64,000 nucleotides of DNA from Spirochaetota bacterium (GTDB taxonomy: Bacteria; Spirochaetota; UBA4802; UBA5550): contig CAXXHB010000003.1 of the NCBI GenBank assembly GCA_963664815.2, forward strand, positions 576,001 through 640,000. The letters are read 5' to 3'. Below are positions 1-10,000 of this stretch, in pieces. The position numbers were made by a program, and so were the translations under genes. Under the pieces are notes generated by a model. It had not been told where the DNA came from. It saw nothing but the letters and a program-made list of their open reading frames with translations, and did not search any database. Position 1 is the stretch's first letter, and the number at the start of each line of letters is the position of its first letter.

Positions 1-50
1 CTTCGGGGAAGAATAAAAAAACAAAGAAATAAAAAACAGGGGATTATGAT

Positions 51-725
51 ATGACAGCCGGAAAAAGATTTTTTGAAAAAATACTTTCAGTCTCTCTTTT
101 CCTGGTTCTGATAAATGCCGCAGCATGCGCATCGGGACAGATGGAGAGTGATCCTGTAAAAGGAAAAGGAGGACCGTTATTCCAGAATAATGGTAATGCC
201 GTTGTAAAAAATGGCGATGCAAGAAAGTATAATGACCTTCTTGTTAACATAAAGAACTACTCCACCAACGGAAGTTATTATCAGAATAAATTTGAGAAAC
301 TTCTTCTTGCCATGGCCGGCGAAATAATAGATGGACAGGATCTTGAGATTTCCAAAGAGAGTATTGGTTTTTATTATGATAAAAAATCTGCAAGGACAGA
401 CAGGCTTTTTCTAGGGGTTGATATAAACACAGTACGTGAAGGTAATCTTGATTACGGAAGATTTTCTGTTAAACTTATAAAAGAAAACCTGAACGGCATT
501 GTTGACCTGATGTACAAATATAAGACAATACTGAATGAGAACGAGATTGTCGGCATAGTAATCGGTTTTAAGTGGATTGAAAACGGCGATTCCCAGCAGG
601 TGAATATATGGATGAAGAAAGAGGATCTTCACCTGTTTTACGAGGGGAAAATCACTCAGAATGAAATGTATCAGAGGAGTACTATAACAAATACAGCGGG
701 TAAAATTATACTCCTGCCAATATAG
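51..725 (+). CDS. hypothetical lipoprotein
   Basis: 224-aa ORF with hydrophobic N-terminus ending INAAAC (lipobox-like); no family recognised. Confidence 0.7.
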   Translation: MTAGKRFFEKILSVSLFLVLINAAACASGQMESDPVKGKGGPLFQNNGNAVVKNGDARKYNDLLVNIKNYSTNGSYYQNKFEKLLLAMAGEIIDGQDLEISKESIGFYYDKKSARTDRLFLGVDINTVREGNLDYGRFSVKLIKENLNGIVDLMYKYKTILNENEIVGIVIGFKWIENGDSQQVNIWMKKEDLHLFYEGKITQNEMYQRSTITNTAGKIILLPI

Positions 726-1761
726 ATTCAATTATAGCGCATACTTTTTTTATTTCCATCATGGTACCTATACTGATCCGGATATATTCGGATTGTATGG
801 GGCCGCTGAAATATCTTACGAGTACTTTTTGCTCCTTCATCTTTTCGTACAGTTCCAGCGGAGAGAACTTCGGGTGACGTGTAAATATAAAATTGCCTCT
901 GGATGGTATTATTTCAAAATCCATTCCTGCTAGTCTCTCTTCAAGGTATTCCTTATTGCTTCTCAGCATACCAAGATTGTAGGTAAAACTCTTTACATCA
1001 AGAAGGGCGGCTGCTGCTCCTGTAAGAGCGAGAGAATCGACGTTATATGAATCTTTCAGCTTGAAAAGACCCTCAATAATACTTTTATCTGCTATTGCAA
1101 GACCTACCCTCAAACCTGCAAGTGAATAGGATTTTGAAAATGATCGGGTGATTATAATATTGTCAAACTCTTTTATAAGGTCAATGGATGAACCGCCGTA
1201 GAAGTCTATATACGCTTCATCAACCACGAGAAGCCCTTTGTATCTTTTAAGGAACTCCCTTATTTTTTCTTTTTCAGTGAACGTACCAGTAGGATTATTC
1301 GGATTTGCTATTATTACCATATCGTATCTGTTTACCAGGAACTTGTCGAGGTCGAGCTGAAGGTCTGCTCCGAGATTTATTTTGTCATAATTTATTCCAT
1401 TGCCCTGAGCCAGCGTGTCATAAAGGGAGTATGAGGGATATGGGAATGCCGCTGTGCCGCTTTTCTCAATAAATCCCCTGAAAAGAAGGGTGAATATTTC
1501 GTCGGAACCGTTGCCGGCAAAAACATTTTCCGGTTTTAACCCGTTCTGCTCTGCGAAAATTTCTCTTAACCTTATGGCCTTTGAGTCGGGATATCTTTTA
1601 AGTCCCCCATTCAGGTTGCCGGCTAATGCTTTCATTACACTGTCGAAAGGGGGAAAGGGATTTTCATTTGTGTTGAGTTTTATGAATTCATCGAGGTCCT
1701 GCGGCTGTTCACCCGGTATATATTCATCCATGTTCTTTAAGGTTTTATTCCAGTATTTCAT
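706..1761 (-). CDS. hisC: histidinol-phosphate aminotransferase
   Basis: KLNTNENP, GNGSDE, NPNNPTG, DEAY and SFSKSYSLAGLRVG PLP-binding motifs. Confidence 0.93.
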   Translation of the reverse strand: MKYWNKTLKNMDEYIPGEQPQDLDEFIKLNTNENPFPPFDSVMKALAGNLNGGLKRYPDSKAIRLREIFAEQNGLKPENVFAGNGSDEIFTLLFRGFIEKSGTAAFPYPSYSLYDTLAQGNGINYDKINLGADLQLDLDKFLVNRYDMVIIANPNNPTGTFTEKEKIREFLKRYKGLLVVDEAYIDFYGGSSIDLIKEFDNIIITRSFSKSYSLAGLRVGLAIADKSIIEGLFKLKDSYNVDSLALTGAAAALLDVKSFTYNLGMLRSNKEYLEERLAGMDFEIIPSRGNFIFTRHPKFSPLELYEKMKEQKVLVRYFSGPIQSEYIRISIGTMMEIKKVCAIIESILAGV

Positions 1762-1777
1762 TTCAACTCCGGTTATA

Positions 1778-2722
1778 TTAGTGTTGGTGCGCTGCGCCGA
1801 TTATATCATAGACAGACAGGCAGGATTCTTCCGCAAGGTATTTCTCAAGATCGGAAACAAGCTTCTCAGATATGGAAGGTTCTATCATATTTGCTGTTCC
1901 TATTGAGACTGCAGAAGCTCCTGCCATCATGAACTCAACTACATCTTCGATATTACTGATTCCCCCCATTCCTATAACGGGGATTTTGACACTGCTGTAA
2001 ATCTGATATACAATTCTTACGGCAACCGGTTTAATGGCGGGACCGCTGAGACCCGCAACCTTGTTGCTGAAGTGAGGTTTACGTTTTTGTATATCTATTT
2101 TCATTCCGAGAAGAGTGTTGACGGCGGAAATGGCATCAGCTCCTATCTCCTCAGCTCTTACTGCGAATTGAGTGATATCTGTTACATTAGGCGATAGCTT
2201 TATAATTAGAACACAGTCTGTTACAGCCCTTGCCTTTTCCACAAGATCGGTAAAAATTTCAAGATTTGTTCCGAATGCCATTCCACCCTGTTTGACATTG
2301 GGGCAGGATACATTGAGTTCCACGGCATCAATACCGTCAGTATGTGAAAGCACCCGGCATAGTTCAACATTTTCATCTATGGAATGCCCGGCGATATTTG
2401 GAATTGCTGTTACCCTGTTTTTTACAAGAAAAGGGAGTTTTGTATCGATGAATTCCCTGAGTCCTACATTCTCAAGGCCTATTGAATTAAGCACGCCGGA
2501 TGGTGTTTCCATGATTCTGTTTCCGGGATTACCCCTTCTCGGTTCAATGGAGAGACCCTTTGTGAATACGGCGCCGATACCTGATATATCCATAAACCTT
2601 GACAGTTCTTCTCCATATCCGGCAGTACCGGATGCAACTGTTACCGGATTTTTAAGAGTGAGGCTCCCTATTTTTACACCTGTTTCCAAAATGAGACTCC
2701 TGAAGTTTTTATTTAAAAACAT
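1778..2722 (-). CDS. pyrD: dihydroorotate dehydrogenase (family 1B catalytic subunit)
   Basis: ASGTAG, NSIGLEN, ELNVSCPN, KLSPN and GLSGPAIKP motifs; true start may be slightly downstream. Confidence 0.93.
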   Translation of the reverse strand: MFLNKNFRSLILETGVKIGSLTLKNPVTVASGTAGYGEELSRFMDISGIGAVFTKGLSIEPRRGNPGNRIMETPSGVLNSIGLENVGLREFIDTKLPFLVKNRVTAIPNIAGHSIDENVELCRVLSHTDGIDAVELNVSCPNVKQGGMAFGTNLEIFTDLVEKARAVTDCVLIIKLSPNVTDITQFAVRAEEIGADAISAVNTLLGMKIDIQKRKPHFSNKVAGLSGPAIKPVAVRIVYQIYSSVKIPVIGMGGISNIEDVVEFMMAGASAVSIGTANMIEPSISEKLVSDLEKYLAEESCLSVYDIIGAAHQH

Positions 2723-2973
2723 TATAGTATTAATGGAGTCAATTAAATAATTGAAACTTTTCAGTAATTAATAAATACTTTAATCATGCAGATTTATCTA
2801 TTTTAATTGTGAAAACGGATAAAAAGCCGTATCATTATCAGTTTTTTATAAATACCAGTACCAAATTTTTGTTTGACACAGGATGGAGAGATTGATTTTT
2901 ATTGGATTAAATAAATTTACCCCCTTTTCCGGAATACCGGGAAGATTTATAAGAAGCTTTATAAAAGGAAAAA

Positions 2974-3657
2974 ATGAAAAACGGAATTTGTCTCGCATTT
3001 GATATTGATGGTACCATTTACGATGCCGGAGATATTCTTGAAGAGTCCTTCAGACGGGGCATTGAGACTTTTATTAATTCGGGCGAAGATGATTCAATCC
3101 GTATACCTTCAAGGGAGGAGATAACGGCAACTCTGGGTTATCCGCTGGGTGAGATTTTTATGATACTTTTCCCGGCGCTTGAATTTCATAAAAGAAATGA
3201 ACTTGCAGTTCTCTGTACCGTGAATCTGGTAGGCCTTATAAAGGAAAAAAAGGGGAACCTTATAGATGGTGTTGCAGAGACAATAAAGGCTCTGGATTCC
3301 ATGAAATACAATATGCTTGTTGCATCAAACGGTGCCAGGGCATATGTCGAGGCCATACTTGAAACATATGGTCTGAAGAGGTATTTTTCGGAGCCTTTTA
3401 TATATCCTGAAGGTAATATTAAGAATAAAACCGATATTATAGGGAGATATATAGAGCTTAACCCGGGGAAGGAGCTGATAATGATAGGTGACAGGTATAC
3501 CGATCTTGCTGCAGCGAGGGAAAACGGAATAAAATTTATCGGCTGTGCATTCGGTCATGCAGGAGCTGATGAGATTGAAGGGGAAAAATATATAGTAAAT
3601 GATTTCAGGGAGATCCCTGAAATTCTTAAAAAAATCGAGTATAATCATTATAATTAG
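2974..3657 (+). CDS. HAD-family hydrolase (phosphoglycolate phosphatase-like)
   Basis: FDIDGT motif I, ASNG motif II, MIGDRYTD motif IV. Confidence 0.85.
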   Translation: MKNGICLAFDIDGTIYDAGDILEESFRRGIETFINSGEDDSIRIPSREEITATLGYPLGEIFMILFPALEFHKRNELAVLCTVNLVGLIKEKKGNLIDGVAETIKALDSMKYNMLVASNGARAYVEAILETYGLKRYFSEPFIYPEGNIKNKTDIIGRYIELNPGKELIMIGDRYTDLAAARENGIKFIGCAFGHAGADEIEGEKYIVNDFREIPEILKKIEYNHYN

Positions 3658-3831
3658 CCAACGGGACCCTTTGAAACTTCGACAGGCACAGTTAATTGCC
3701 GCCGGAGGGGCTTAAATACGGAAAAATTTATTTATTGATCACACTCCGCTTAACAAGGTGGAGGCAAATATAAGAGTCCCATCTTCGGGGTGAAGGATTC
3801 TATAACTGATAATTTTACAGGAGATATTAAG

Positions 3832-4752
3832 ATGATTCTCGAAGATTACGGCTGGGATTCATGGTTCGATGAACAGTATAAATCTTTAAATCTTAACCTT
3901 AAAACCGGCAGGGTTGTAGGTAATTCGGAATTTTACAAAGTAGTATGCGAGGATGGGGTTATAGAAGCGGAGATATCCCAGCGCTTGTTTTATGCCACAG
4001 CATCCGACAGCGAACTCCCTGTACCGGGAGACTGGGTTTTAATAATTTCAGATGACAGTGATTCCGGATATTCAATTTATGACCTTCTTCCAAGACGTTC
4101 ATTCCTTGCGCTTCCCGACAGCGAAAATCCTGAAGAAGAGGTCCCGGTAGTGGCAAATGTCGACTATATACTGGCTGCAGTTCCGGCAGGTACAGATATT
4201 GATGCATCTGTCGTGGAAAAACTGACCGATACAAGCCGTGAATGGGGTGCAGAACCGCTTTTTATAAGTTATGGAAAAACCTCAGCGTGTGAAGAGATGG
4301 ACAGATTAAGAAAAGCCGCAGGGGATGCCGGTATAATATTTATTGATTCAATTGATAAAAACGGGCTTGATGAACTTATCAAAGAGCTTACACCACGAAA
4401 AACATATGCTGTTACCGGTGTTATTTCAGATGATGTTTCGGCAATAATTACATATCTTACCGATGGAGAGATTTTCAGCGGTGATGACAGTAATGAACCG
4501 GGGAAAAATGTGCTTCGTTTGCTCCCTTCTTCGGCAATACTTTTCGGGATTCCTCTTGCCGGTGGAAGCGGATTTTTCAGCGATGATTATGATGGTGAGG
4601 ATTATGGTGATATTATTGAAATTGCGGGCCTGTGCAGGTTCAATGACTGCAGGCATATAAATGAACCGGGGTGTGCAGTGCTTAAAGCTGTTGATAACGG
4701 CGAGATTGACTATGATTACTACAGGGCATTTCTGAAGGCTCTGGATAACTGA
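3832..4752 (+). CDS. RsgA (YjeQ)-like protein with degenerate GTPase motifs
   Basis: OB-fold region (PVPGDWV, LPRRS, VANVD) and Zn finger CRFNDCRHINEPGC are present; G1/G3/G4 are not recognisable; AGGAG RBS precedes ATG at 3832. Confidence 0.8.
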   Translation: MILEDYGWDSWFDEQYKSLNLNLKTGRVVGNSEFYKVVCEDGVIEAEISQRLFYATASDSELPVPGDWVLIISDDSDSGYSIYDLLPRRSFLALPDSENPEEEVPVVANVDYILAAVPAGTDIDASVVEKLTDTSREWGAEPLFISYGKTSACEEMDRLRKAAGDAGIIFIDSIDKNGLDELIKELTPRKTYAVTGVISDDVSAIITYLTDGEIFSGDDSNEPGKNVLRLLPSSAILFGIPLAGGSGFFSDDYDGEDYGDIIEIAGLCRFNDCRHINEPGCAVLKAVDNGEIDYDYYRAFLKALDN

Positions 4753-4987
4753 TAAGGCTTTTCGCGGGATGTTATCCCTCCTGAAATATATAATTAGCTT
4801 GCAATTTACCTGTTGTTGCAGTAACATTAAGTGTAGCAGAACTCTTATAATATACTTGTTTGCTTTCCCGGTTTTTTTCGGGGTTTAAGGGGAGAAGCCC
4901 CTTAAAAAACCTCAGGATTTACTGAGGGAATAAGTACCAGTCAGGAAACAGCTGTAAAGTTTATGAATAAACTATTCATGTGAAGTT

Positions 4988-6199
4988 ATGATATTAAAAT
5001 ATTTCAGACATAATCTGAAAAGGGTATCGACTCTGATACTCATTTCTGTTATTTCAGCGGGAATAGCCGGATGTAATCAGAATGCTGCAACAGTGACATT
5101 GAGTCCCTCAACAGGGTCACTTGCAACAAGCGATACCGGAACAATTCATCCCTCTATTCAGAGTGTATACCCCGGGAAGCTTCAGACTCTGGATATCCCG
5201 GAATCTTTCCCCACTGATATATCCCCTTACAGCCCCGGTATAGTGGTTGTTTTTTCGCACCTTATGGAAAATGACAGCAGTGAAATGAGCAGTTTCATGA
5301 CTCTCGTTGAAGTGACTACAGGCTATCCGGAGGTGGCAATTAATATTACCCCGACTGCAACTTCGAAGTATTTTAATATAATACCCTCTTCCGGTTCATT
5401 AAAACCGGATACTCAATATATCCTGAGGATTTATAAAAATGCATTCGCTGAAACTGCTTTTGATACTGTTTCTGTCTCAAGGAGCAGCAATGTAGCCACT
5501 ATTATTACCGCAGCAGCTCATGGGCTTACAGATAACGAAATGGTTTCTGTAAGCGGATTTGGAACTCTTGTACCCGCTCATTCAGTTTATAATGCATCTT
5601 ATGTTAATATCAAGGTGGTAAATACAACAACATTTACCTATTCCAATACGGGATCGGATGAAGGGACAACAGCTGATACTGATGGGCGTGTAGCTGTTTA
5701 TTACAGGACACTTGTCTTTGACAATCTGGTTAATTCTCCGGCTACAACTTTGAGCCCTGCAGATCCTGTTTACGTGGATTATGAATTTCAGACAGGGAAT
5801 ACAGTAACAGATCTTATACCGCCGACGCTGCTTTCAACCAATCCTTCAAATAGTGCTGTTAATGTGCCGTATGATTTATCACCTGGATATATTGAGATTA
5901 TCTTCAATGATACGAATAACAGCGGGAATAGTACTCTTCCAATGATAAATCCCTCTACTGTTAATGAATCATCTGTTACTCTTTATGATGTTACAAATAC
6001 AGCTTATATATCAGGGTATCTGACATGCGATTATACGGACGCCTATTTCAGAACATTCAGGTTTTATCCATACGATTTATCAAATATTCTGACAGATACA
6101 AATTACCGGCTTTCGATCAGTATTCCGCCATATAATGTGCTGGATTTTGCAGGAAATGCCATGACTCGGGCTGATGTCTTTTTTACAACAGGAAACTGA
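4988..6199 (+). CDS. surface lipoprotein with SbsA/Big_5-type Ig-like domains
   Basis: Lipobox IAGC; motifs VVVFSH..M, LKPDTQY, PPTLLSTNP and DFAGNAM..FTTG typical of Big_5 domains. Confidence 0.7.
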   Translation: MILKYFRHNLKRVSTLILISVISAGIAGCNQNAATVTLSPSTGSLATSDTGTIHPSIQSVYPGKLQTLDIPESFPTDISPYSPGIVVVFSHLMENDSSEMSSFMTLVEVTTGYPEVAINITPTATSKYFNIIPSSGSLKPDTQYILRIYKNAFAETAFDTVSVSRSSNVATIITAAAHGLTDNEMVSVSGFGTLVPAHSVYNASYVNIKVVNTTTFTYSNTGSDEGTTADTDGRVAVYYRTLVFDNLVNSPATTLSPADPVYVDYEFQTGNTVTDLIPPTLLSTNPSNSAVNVPYDLSPGYIEIIFNDTNNSGNSTLPMINPSTVNESSVTLYDVTNTAYISGYLTCDYTDAYFRTFRFYPYDLSNILTDTNYRLSISIPPYNVLDFAGNAMTRADVFFTTGN

Positions 6200-6420
6200 T
6201 TTTATTATTTATATGGCTTTCAGCATGCAGTATTATTTTAGTAATTGAGTTTGATGTTGACAGTTTCACTGTTTTTTTCAGTAATAACCCGTAAGTATAT
6301 ATTTTAGCGTAAAAAAGGAATATTATATACCCTTCGGCGGCGGTATTTGAGCTTTTTTAAATATTTGATATTGCTGATCAGTATGTTATCTTTAAATAAT
6401 AGTAATAATAAGAGGTTTAT

Positions 6421-6951
6421 ATGAACAAAAAAATATTAATTACAGCAATCGCTGTTGCTGCCGCAGCGCTGGCATATTTTTTCTTCTCATCGGGAAAAAC
6501 CCCGGAGGACGCAAAGAAATCTGCCCAGGCGGGGGTTGAATATACACGTGACGGGAAATATGACAAGGCTATTGACAGCTATAACGATTCGCTTAAAGTA
6601 ACAGACGACCCGGTTGTTTTATATAACAGGGGGGTTGCATATATGAACAAAGGTGATAACGAAAATGCCGTTAAAGATTTCAGCAGGGTAATTGAGCTTC
6701 AGCCAGGCAATTTTTCTGCATATAATAACAGAGCATTTACTTATAAAAATACCGGTAAGTTTGATGAGGCTATAAAAGATTATTCTGAAGTCATTAAGCT
6801 GAAACCTGATTTCACCATTGCCTATTATGGGCGTGGAATTTCATATAAGTATACAGGGAATAAAGAAAAGGCTCTTGCCGATTTAAAGAAAGCACTTTCT
6901 CTCGGTTATTCAGCAGCATCAAAAGATATTGAGGGTCTGGAAAAAAAATAG
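6421..6951 (+). CDS. membrane-anchored TPR-repeat protein
   Basis: N-terminal hydrophobic anchor; repeated YNRG/YNNRA/YYGRG..A..D TPR units. Confidence 0.88.
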   Translation: MNKKILITAIAVAAAALAYFFFSSGKTPEDAKKSAQAGVEYTRDGKYDKAIDSYNDSLKVTDDPVVLYNRGVAYMNKGDNENAVKDFSRVIELQPGNFSAYNNRAFTYKNTGKFDEAIKDYSEVIKLKPDFTIAYYGRGISYKYTGNKEKALADLKKALSLGYSAASKDIEGLEKK

Positions 6952-6978
6952 TATTATTAAAGTGTAAACAATTATCCC

Positions 6979-7014
6979 GGTTATTACTGACCTCTGAAAT
7001 GGTCAGCAGTAACC
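6979..7014. terminator. hairpin between convergent genes
   Basis: ggttattactgacc...ggtcagcagtaacc imperfect 14-bp stem. Confidence 0.5.
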
Positions 7015-7022
7015 TGTTTCAC

Positions 7023-10000
7023 CTACCATGTAGTCCCGCTGTCTGTCGATGATGCAAATTTCAGATAACCGAGCAGTGAATCTATATGAGATATATAGAT
7101 ATTTGCTGTGGTATTGATTCCTATTGAGGAAGAGACACCAACAGTACTTGCGGATGTTACTATAACCGGGGTTCCAAGCCATGAGGAACCGCTGTTGGTT
7201 GATTTCTGGAACATCAGGTTGCCGTTTGTTGAGTCAAAATAACTGATATATACGGTAGTTCCGCTTGCAGCAATAGAAGAATATGTGCCGACATTATTTG
7301 CAGAATCAACTGTTACAGCGCCAACCCAGGTGGTACCACCTGAGGTTGAACTTTGAAATTTTAAATCACCGCCGGTGGCATCATAATAGCTTATGTAAAT
7401 TGTATCCAATCCGCCGCCGCCACCTGCAATCATAGACACGGAAGAGTATTGGCCGATATCATTTGCGCTCGCATCGGCATTTGTTGTAGTAAAACTTGTG
7501 CCATCGTTTGAATAGGCAAATCTAAGGTTGCCGTTTGTTGCATCATAATAACTGATATATATTTCATCTCCAGCTGTTGCATCCTGGTCAAGATAGGATG
7601 TTATAGAAGAGTACTGACCGACATCAGCGGTTGAATCGACGGTTGTAGCAGATCCAAGCCATGTAGAGCCACTATCGGTTGATTTCTGAAACATCAGGTA
7701 TTTAGTTGTGGCATCATAATAACTTATATAGATGTTGTTTGTGCTGCTGACTGTGGTTATGGAAGAGTACTGGCCGACGTCGTTTGCTGATGAGTCGACA
7801 GCTATAGCAGATCCAAGCCATGTGGCGCCGCTGTCGGTTGATTCCTGGAACATAAGGTTTTTACCAATTGCATCATAATAGCTTATATAGATATTTGTGC
7901 CGTTCACTGTGATTGAACAGTATTCGCCTACATTAGTAGAGGTTGCATTATCAACAACTACAGGAGAGGCGAGCCATGTGGCGCCGCTATCGGTAGATTT
8001 CTGGAACAGTAATTGTCCACTTGAATAATAGCAGATATAGATATTTGTTCCATTTACTGCAATGTCTGTATAATCGGAAACATTGCCGCTTTGATCTATA
8101 GAAACACATTTTGCAGCGGTACCTGAAACGGCGATGGTTTTAGTTCCAAGTTCAGAAGTGGCAATGTTGATAGTGCCAGAGAAAGGAGATCCGGTTGTAG
8201 TAGTAGGACTGAAAGTTACATTGAAGGTATAACTTGATCCAGCAGCAATAGATGTTGCACTACCAGTTTGTGCGAATGGAGAAACTAACCCGGTAATACC
8301 AGTGATAGTAAGAGCTGCGTTGCCAGTATTATTTATAGTAACAGGTATTGCTGAACTTGTGCTGCCAACGTTAACGGTTCCGAAATTAATGGATGTTGGA
8401 GAGATAAAAGCGATAGGTGCTGAAACGCCATTCCCAGTAAGAGCGATAGTTTTAGTTCCGAGTTCAGTAGTAACAATATTGATGGTGTCCGAATAAGCGA
8501 CTGCAGCTATAGGTGAAAAAGTTGCATAGAAAGTATAGCTTGAGCCTGCAGTTACAGTGCTGGCAACACCAGTATGTGCAAAATGAAGACCTGTTGTGAG
8601 ATTGATACCGGTGATGTGTAGATCAGCGTCCCCGGTATTCTGAATAACGATAGCCATTGAAGTGCTTGTAGTGGAAAGATTTACATTGCCAAAATCGACA
8701 CTTGGAGTATAAACAGCGACTGGTGCAGTGATACCTGTACCAGAGAGTGCTATAGTTTTAGTTCCGAGTTCAGTAGTAACAATATTGATGGTGTCAGAAT
8801 AAGCGACTGCAGCTATAGGTGAAAAAGTTGCATAGAAAGTATAGCTTGAGCCTGCAGTTACAGTGCTGGCAACACCAGTATGTGCAAAACGAAGACCTGT
8901 TGTAAGATTGATTGCGGTGATGTGTAGATCAGCGTCCCCGGTATTCTGAATAACAACAGCCATTGCTGAGCTGGTAGTGCTAATATGTACATTGCCGAAA
9001 TCGACATTTGGAGTATAAACAGCGACTGGTGCAGTGATACCTGTACCAGAGAGTGTTATAGTTTTAGTTCCGAGTTCAGTAGTAACAATATTGATGGTGT
9101 CAGAATAAGCGACTGCAGCTATAGGTGAAAAAGTTGTATAGAAAGTATAGCTTGAACCTGCGGTTACAGTAGTTGGGCTGACGCCTGTTTGTGCAAAACG
9201 AAGACCTGTTGTGAGATTGATGCCGGTGATATGTAGATCAGCGTTCCCGGTATTTTGAATTACAACAGCCATTGCTGAGCTGGTAGTGCTAATATGTACA
9301 TTGCCGAAATCGACACTTGGAGTATAAACAGCGACTGGTGTTGCGGTAGCAGTACCAGTGAGAGCGATAGTTTTAGTTCCAAGTTCAGTAGTGGCGATGT
9401 TGATGGTGTCAGAGAAAGGAGACCCGGTAGTAGTAGTTGGGCTAAAAGTTACGTTGAAGGTGTAACTTGATCCTGCAGCAATAGTTGTTGCGCCACCAGT
9501 ATTAGTGAATGGAGCAGCAAGTCCGGTGATAGCAGTGACAGTAAGAGCTGCGTTCCCGGTGTTCTGAATAGTAACAGATACAGTACTGGTGGTGTTAATT
9601 TCGACATTACCGAAATCGACATTTGGAGTATAAACAGCGACTGGTGTTGCGGTAGCAGTACCAGTGAGAGCGATAGTTTTAGTTCCAAGTTCAGTAGTGG
9701 CGATGTTGATGGTGTCAGAGAAAGGAGACCCGGTAGTAGTAGTTGGGCTAAAAGTTACGTTGAAGGTGTAACTTGATCCTGCAGTAATAGTTGTTGCGCC
9801 ACCAGTATGAGTGAATGGAGCAGCAAGTCCGGTGATAGCAGTGACAGTAAGAGTTGCGTCCCCGGTATTCTGGATAGTAACAGCTACAGTACTGGTGGTG
9901 TTAATTTCGACATTACCGAAATCGACATTTGGAGTATAAACAGCGACTGGTGCAGTGATACCTGTACCAGAGAGTGTTATAGTTTTAGTTCCGAGTTCAG

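Noticed and set aside
3676-3705. cttcgacaggcacag resembling a REP-type repeat
   Set aside because: Single degenerate half-site with no partner arm or second copy in the window
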